A DNA stretch of 64,000 bases from Longimicrobiales bacterium (GTDB taxonomy: Bacteria; Gemmatimonadota; Gemmatimonadetes; Longimicrobiales; Gaopeijiaceae), in the NCBI GenBank assembly GCA_965219445.1, contig CBDCNQ010000002.1, forward strand, positions 736,001 to 800,000, given 5' to 3'. The position numbers and the translations under genes are program-made. Below are positions 59,907 to 64,000 of this stretch, piece by piece. Position 1 is the first letter of the stretch. Each line of letters opens with the position of its first letter. The notes under the pieces were generated by a model. The model searched no databases. It saw nothing but the letters and a program-made list of their open reading frames with translations, and was not told the DNA's origin.

Positions 59907-59955
59907 GGGAGGATGGGTAGGCAGGTCACGTTGACGATGGGCAGGTGGCTCACGG
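59886..59955. repeat. Three degenerate 23-24-bp copies of the LOG gene start
   Basis: Minus strand GTGAGCCACCTGCCCATCGTC / GTGACCTGCCTACCCATCCTC / ATGACCCGCCTGCCCATCGTC. Confidence 0.8.
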
Positions 59956-59996
59956 ACTGATGGCCACGCCTCCGACGAAGACGCGAAGCCTACGGG

Positions 59997-60395
59997 TCAA
60001 TTGTCCACCCGCTCCCTCAGCACCTCGGCCATGTCGGTGGCGATCTGGACAGCCTCACTCACCGGAAGCTGATGCTCGCGGTCGAGCCGGTCCTTGAGTG
60101 TGTCGCCTTCCACGTAGGGCATCACGTAGAAGAGGAAGTCGTCGGCCTCGCCGGAGTCGAAGAGCGGGAGGATATTGGGATGTTGGAGGTTGGCGGTGAC
60201 CTCGATCTCGGCCAGGAAGCGCTCGGCCCCGACAAGCACGGCCAATTCCGGCTTCAAGACCTTGAGCGCCACGTTTCGGTGGTGCTTCAGATCCTCGGCC
60301 CGGTACACGGTGGCCATGCCGCCTTCGCCCAGCTCGCGCTCGATGCGGTAGCGGCCCTTGAGGGCGGCGTTCAGACGGGTGACGGCATCCGACAT
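59997..60395 (-). pseudogene. Truncated Hanks-type Ser/Thr kinase (N-lobe only)
   Basis: LGEGGMATVY, VALKVL, HPNI, YVMPYVEG present; stop after 132 aa before HRD and DFG; no continuation seen in other frames. Confidence 0.85.
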
Positions 60396-60460
60396 AGCAG
60401 ACAAGATGTGTCTAAGGCGTGTGGGGTTGCAAGCTCCTCTGCCCCTGCCCCCGGCGGTTG

Positions 60461-60482
60461 CCCAGTTTCCGCGGAAACTGGG
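60461..60482. promoter_or_regulatory. Perfect 22-bp palindrome
   Basis: CCCAGTTTCCGCGGAAACTGGG equals its reverse complement; intergenic; function unknown. Confidence 0.5.
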
Positions 60483-60642
60483 ATCACTCTTAGGCCGCGT
60501 GCTCGACGCGGACACGGGGCTCCACGGCCAACGACCGGCTCCAGGAGCGAAGCGCGAGGCACGTCCCAGACCACCTCCAGAGCGCTGCTCCAGATCTGTC
60601 AATGGTTGGATGGGACGGATGGATGTGCGGGTGAGCTGCCGT

Positions 60643-62178
60643 TCACCCCACCCGGGAGCGATCGAGTAAGCGGTATTGGATGGCCTCCCCGACGTGGTGG
60701 GAATTCAGGCGATTTGCCCCCTCCAAATCGGCGATGGTCCTCGCCACCTTGACCACCCGATCGTGTGCCCGTGCCGAAAGTGCCAAGCGGGTCATGGCCT
60801 GGCGCAAAATCCGCGCGGGCGCATCGTCCAGGGGGCACCAACGTCGGATCTCTCGGGACCTCATATGGCTGTTCGCCCATACTTCGGTGACACGACGAAA
60901 ACGTTGGTGCTGTCGCTCACGAGCGGCCGCAACACGGGCCCGGACGGCGTCGCTCGGCTCCGCGGGACCAACCGCCCTCAGGTCCTCGACCGGAACGGCG
61001 GGCACCTCGATGTGGAGATCTATGCGGTCCAACAGGGGGCCCGAGACGCGGGAACGATACCGGGCCACGGCCGCAGGATCGCACGTACACCGGTCTCCTT
61101 CGGCACCGTACAGCCCGCAGGCACACGGATTCATGGCGGCGGCGAGCATGAATCGCGCGGGATACCGAAGTGTAATCCGTGCCCGCGAGTGGCTCACGAC
61201 GCCGTCCTCCATCGGTTGCCGAAGCGCCTCCAGAACCGACCGCCGATACTCCGGAAGCTCGTCGAGGAACAGCACGCCGTTGTGGGCGAGGCTCACCTCG
61301 CCGGGTCGTGGAATCGCCCCGCCTCCGACGAGCCCGGCATCGCTCGCTGTGTGATGGGGCGCGCGGAACGGACGCTCCGCGACGAGCGTGCCCCCCGCAG
61401 GAACCAGGCCCGCGACCGAATGGATCTTGGTGATGTCGATCGACTCGGCCACCGTAAGCGGGGGGAGAATCCCGGGGAGTCGCCGGGCCATCATCGTCTT
61501 TCCAGATCCGGGGGGGCCGATCAACAGGAGGTTATGACCCCCCGCCGCCGCGATCTCGAGCGCTCTCTTCGCGAACTGCTGTCCACGCACGTCACAAAGA
61601 TCGGGTTGCCGCGTCGGGGGACGATCGAGGAGGCTGAGCGTGTCGAGTCGCGTCGGAGCGATGGTGTTCCCCGCTGAGAGGTGCTCCAAAACCTCGCCTA
61701 GGGTCTCGCCACCAAGGACCTCCACCCCTTCGACCGCTCCGGCCTCTCGGGCATTCGCCCTGGGTAGTAGAAGCTTCGTCACACCCCGAGCGCGGCACCC
61801 CGCGGCGATCGGCAGCCCTCCACGGATCGGCCTCAGGCGTCCGTCCAGTCCGAGTTCACCGACCAGACAGACGCCGTCTACCCTCTCCTGCGGCACCACG
61901 CCCATGCCGATCAGGACCGCCACGGCTATCGGGAGATCGAAGGCGCTTCCCTCCTTGGGCACATCGGCTGGAGCGAGGTTGACGGTAATCCGTCGGTGAG
62001 GGACCGGATGGCCCACGTTGCTCAGGGCGGCAGTGACCCGTTCCCTACCCTCTCGAACCGCGCCATGGGGCAGGCCGACAACAACGAACGAGGGGAGACC
62101 CACCGAGATGTTGACCTCCACCGACACCGCATGGCTCTCGACTCCGGCGACCGAAGCCGAGCCGACCTGCGCCAGCAT
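60643..62178 (-). CDS. comM: YifB/ComM-family Mg-chelatase-like AAA+ ATPase
   Basis: VNLAPAD..KEGS.FDL, GPPGSGKT, PFRAPHH, GEVSLAH.GVLFLDE, SGPLLDRID, ARTIADL. Confidence 0.93.
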   Translation of the reverse strand: MLAQVGSASVAGVESHAVSVEVNISVGLPSFVVVGLPHGAVREGRERVTAALSNVGHPVPHRRITVNLAPADVPKEGSAFDLPIAVAVLIGMGVVPQERVDGVCLVGELGLDGRLRPIRGGLPIAAGCRARGVTKLLLPRANAREAGAVEGVEVLGGETLGEVLEHLSAGNTIAPTRLDTLSLLDRPPTRQPDLCDVRGQQFAKRALEIAAAGGHNLLLIGPPGSGKTMMARRLPGILPPLTVAESIDITKIHSVAGLVPAGGTLVAERPFRAPHHTASDAGLVGGGAIPRPGEVSLAHNGVLFLDELPEYRRSVLEALRQPMEDGVVSHSRARITLRYPARFMLAAAMNPCACGLYGAEGDRCTCDPAAVARYRSRVSGPLLDRIDLHIEVPAVPVEDLRAVGPAEPSDAVRARVAAARERQHQRFRRVTEVWANSHMRSREIRRWCPLDDAPARILRQAMTRLALSARAHDRVVKVARTIADLEGANRLNSHHVGEAIQYRLLDRSRVG

Positions 62179-62355
62179 GAACTCCTCCTGTACGGGGCGA
62201 ACGTCCCCGGAGGGGGCACGTCGGTCCTATGCTGACCGAGGCCGTGGGGCTGGTCCATGTCCGGACGGGACCCGGGGTGCTAGCGAGTGATGTCGACAAG
62301 CCAAACGCGGGTCGGGCAGCCCGACGCTCCGGCGACTCCGTCCTCCCTGCTCGCC

Positions 62356-64000
62356 TCAGCCGAACAGCGGCGGCCTCCGCGTGTGGAAGTCGGTCGCGTC
62401 CTGCCAGGCCTTGGCCACCCTGAGCGTCTCGGCATCCGCCCACAGCTGACCGACGAAGACGGTGCTTACCGGCGTGCCGTCGTCGTTGAAGCCGCTCGGC
62501 ACCACCACCGCTGGATGGCCAGTTAGGTTGGTCATCAACAGCTGGTCTGGGGCGCGCGTAGGAGTGATGAACACGTCGATCCCCTCCAGCGCCGCCTCGA
62601 GCGCGCCCATGAGCATCGTACGGACTCGGTTGGCTTGGATGTACTCCACGGCCGGAGTCATGTGGGCGACCCGAAATGAGGTGGGCCATGACTCGGGCGT
62701 CTGCCTGACGAGCAGATCGTCCCTTCCGCTCAGCGTCAGCTCTTCGAACGCGGCCGCGGCTTCCGCCCGCAGGATGATCCTCAGTGCATCGAGTGGATAG
62801 TCGGAGGGAAGGTCGATCGGTACCGGCTCTACACCGAGCGAACGGAGCGTCTCGAGCGCCGCCCGGTCGTGGCCGGTTGCGCCGTCCCACTCGAAGCCGC
62901 GGCGGAAGTACCCGACTCGGAGATCCGACAGCGGCCGCTCGGAATCCCAGTTGAAAGGCGTCGTGCGCGCTGTGGGATCTCGGCCATCGGCGCCGTGGAT
63001 GGCGTTGAAGACCAGTGCACAGTCCTCCACGCTGCGGGCGAGGGGACCCAGTTTGTCCATGCTCCATGAGAGCGCCATGGCGCCGGAGCGGCTGACCCGC
63101 CCGTAGGTCGGCCGGAGCCCCGTTACACCGCAACGCGTCGACGGCGACACTATGGAGCCGAGCGTCTCACTTCCTATGGCGAAGCCCACGAGTCCGGCCG
63201 CCGTCGTTGCGGCCGAGCCCGCCGAGGAGCCGCTCGAGCCCTGCTCAAGGTTCCACGGGTTCCGGGTTCGGCCGCCGTACCAGTAGTCCCCCGATGCGAG
63301 GGCACCCAGCGTCAGCTTCGCCACCAGGATGGCGCCCGCCTCTTCGAGGCGACGTACCACAGTCGCGTCTTCCCCGATGACCTGGTCCCGGTACGGCTCG
63401 GCTCCCCACGTAGTGCGGAAGCCCTCGGCCGCCAGCAGATCCTTGGCGCCCCACGGGACGCCGTGAAGCGGGCCGCGGTAGGCTCCGTTCGCAATCTCGC
63501 GATCCGCCCGGGCCGCATGCTCGAGCGCTTGATCGCTCATCAACGTGATGACGGCCTCCAGCGTGGGTCCGTGCCGTTCCAGCCGCTCCAGGTAGAGCGT
63601 GGTGAGCTCGGTCGAACTCAGCTGCCGAGTTCGAATCAGCTCGGAGAGCTGGGTGACCGGCATGAACGCCAGGGTCTCAGGGTCCACCGGGCGACTCAGC
63701 CCTACGTGCCTCGTGGACCGGAAGGGACGGGTCTCGGAAGGCAACTCACGTCCCGGAAGCACCGGATCGAATTGGACGGCCGGCATCACCTGATTCGGAA
63801 CGGGATTTTCGCGCAGGGCCTCATACGCCTCGAGATTCGTGTTCAGGCCCTCGAGCATCAGGTCCCGCTCCGCATCCGTGAACTCCAGGCCGGCCAGCGC
63901 CCCCGCGTCAGCAACGATCTCCGATGTGATCTCTCCGCGCGTCTGCACCTGTGCCCAGAGCACTCCCGGAAACACGGTCCCACCCAGACCCAGCGCGGAC
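62356..64000 (-). CDS. Amidase-signature family protein, probably exported; 5' end beyond the window
   Basis: GAKDL, GSSGSSAGS, GSETLGSI.SP..RCG, MDKLGP; frame stays open to the window end (SALGLGGTVFPGVLWAQ). Confidence 0.92.
   Translation of the reverse strand, partial: SALGLGGTVFPGVLWAQVQTRGEITSEIVADAGALAGLEFTDAERDLMLEGLNTNLEAYEALRENPVPNQVMPAVQFDPVLPGRELPSETRPFRSTRHVGLSRPVDPETLAFMPVTQLSELIRTRQLSSTELTTLYLERLERHGPTLEAVITLMSDQALEHAARADREIANGAYRGPLHGVPWGAKDLLAAEGFRTTWGAEPYRDQVIGEDATVVRRLEEAGAILVAKLTLGALASGDYWYGGRTRNPWNLEQGSSGSSAGSAATTAAGLVGFAIGSETLGSIVSPSTRCGVTGLRPTYGRVSRSGAMALSWSMDKLGPLARSVEDCALVFNAIHGADGRDPTARTTPFNWDSERPLSDLRVGYFRRGFEWDGATGHDRAALETLRSLGVEPVPIDLPSDYPLDALRIILRAEAAAAFEELTLSGRDDLLVRQTPESWPTSFRVAHMTPAVEYIQANRVRTMLMGALEAALEGIDVFITPTRAPDQLLMTNLTGHPAVVVPSGFNDDGTPVSTVFVGQLWADAETLRVAKAWQDATDFHTRRPPLFG

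Noticed and set aside
62179..62355. Short hairpins between the amidase and comM as an ncRNA or REP family
   Set aside because: Stems of 4-6 bp are expected at this GC content and no shared sequence recurs
62356..64000. Second gatA
   Set aside because: Lacks GatA-specific motifs, has a signal-like N-terminus, and true gatCAB is at 31.7-34.9 kb

Overview
GC-rich bacterial chromosome segment (roughly 60-65% GC by eye), almost entirely housekeeping genes and mostly on the minus strand. Gene order and protein style (rplM-rpsI-rpsB-tsf-pyrH-frr block, short RpoD-like sigma, archaeal-type ProRS, Asp-type MurA, a 'RLNAAL.GRY.IERELG.GGMATVY' kinase) suggest Gemmatimonadota; that is inference, not a database result. 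Main blocks: mreBCD-mrdA-rodA-accD-folC; hisS-orf-proS-lysA-guaA; rimP-nusA-L7Ae-infB-DUF503-rbfA-truB-ribF-rpsO-pnp-M16 peptidase-dut; murA; serS-kinase-pcrA-gatCAB; receiver-manC-GlmU-like-MBL; sigma, rplM through uppS-cdsA-dxr-rseP; lepB; and a more variable right end. I saw no rRNA, tRNA, CRISPR array, transposase or prophage. The best candidate for an uncharacterised system is a plus-strand operon at 28.5-31.7 kb: a non-canonical P-II-like protein, an RCK-less CPA2 cation:proton antiporter, a DUF948-like protein and a secreted Zn-phospholipase C-like protein. Other oddities: single-base changes in near-invariant motifs of MreB, DXR, UppS and EF-Ts plus a probable lost start codon (sequence error or real); an internally deleted Ser/Thr kinase; a LOG-family gene with a 5x 21-bp expansion and a triplicated start forming a coupled uORF; a CTAG-rich repeat between convergent genes; and rimP and pnp leader RNA structures.
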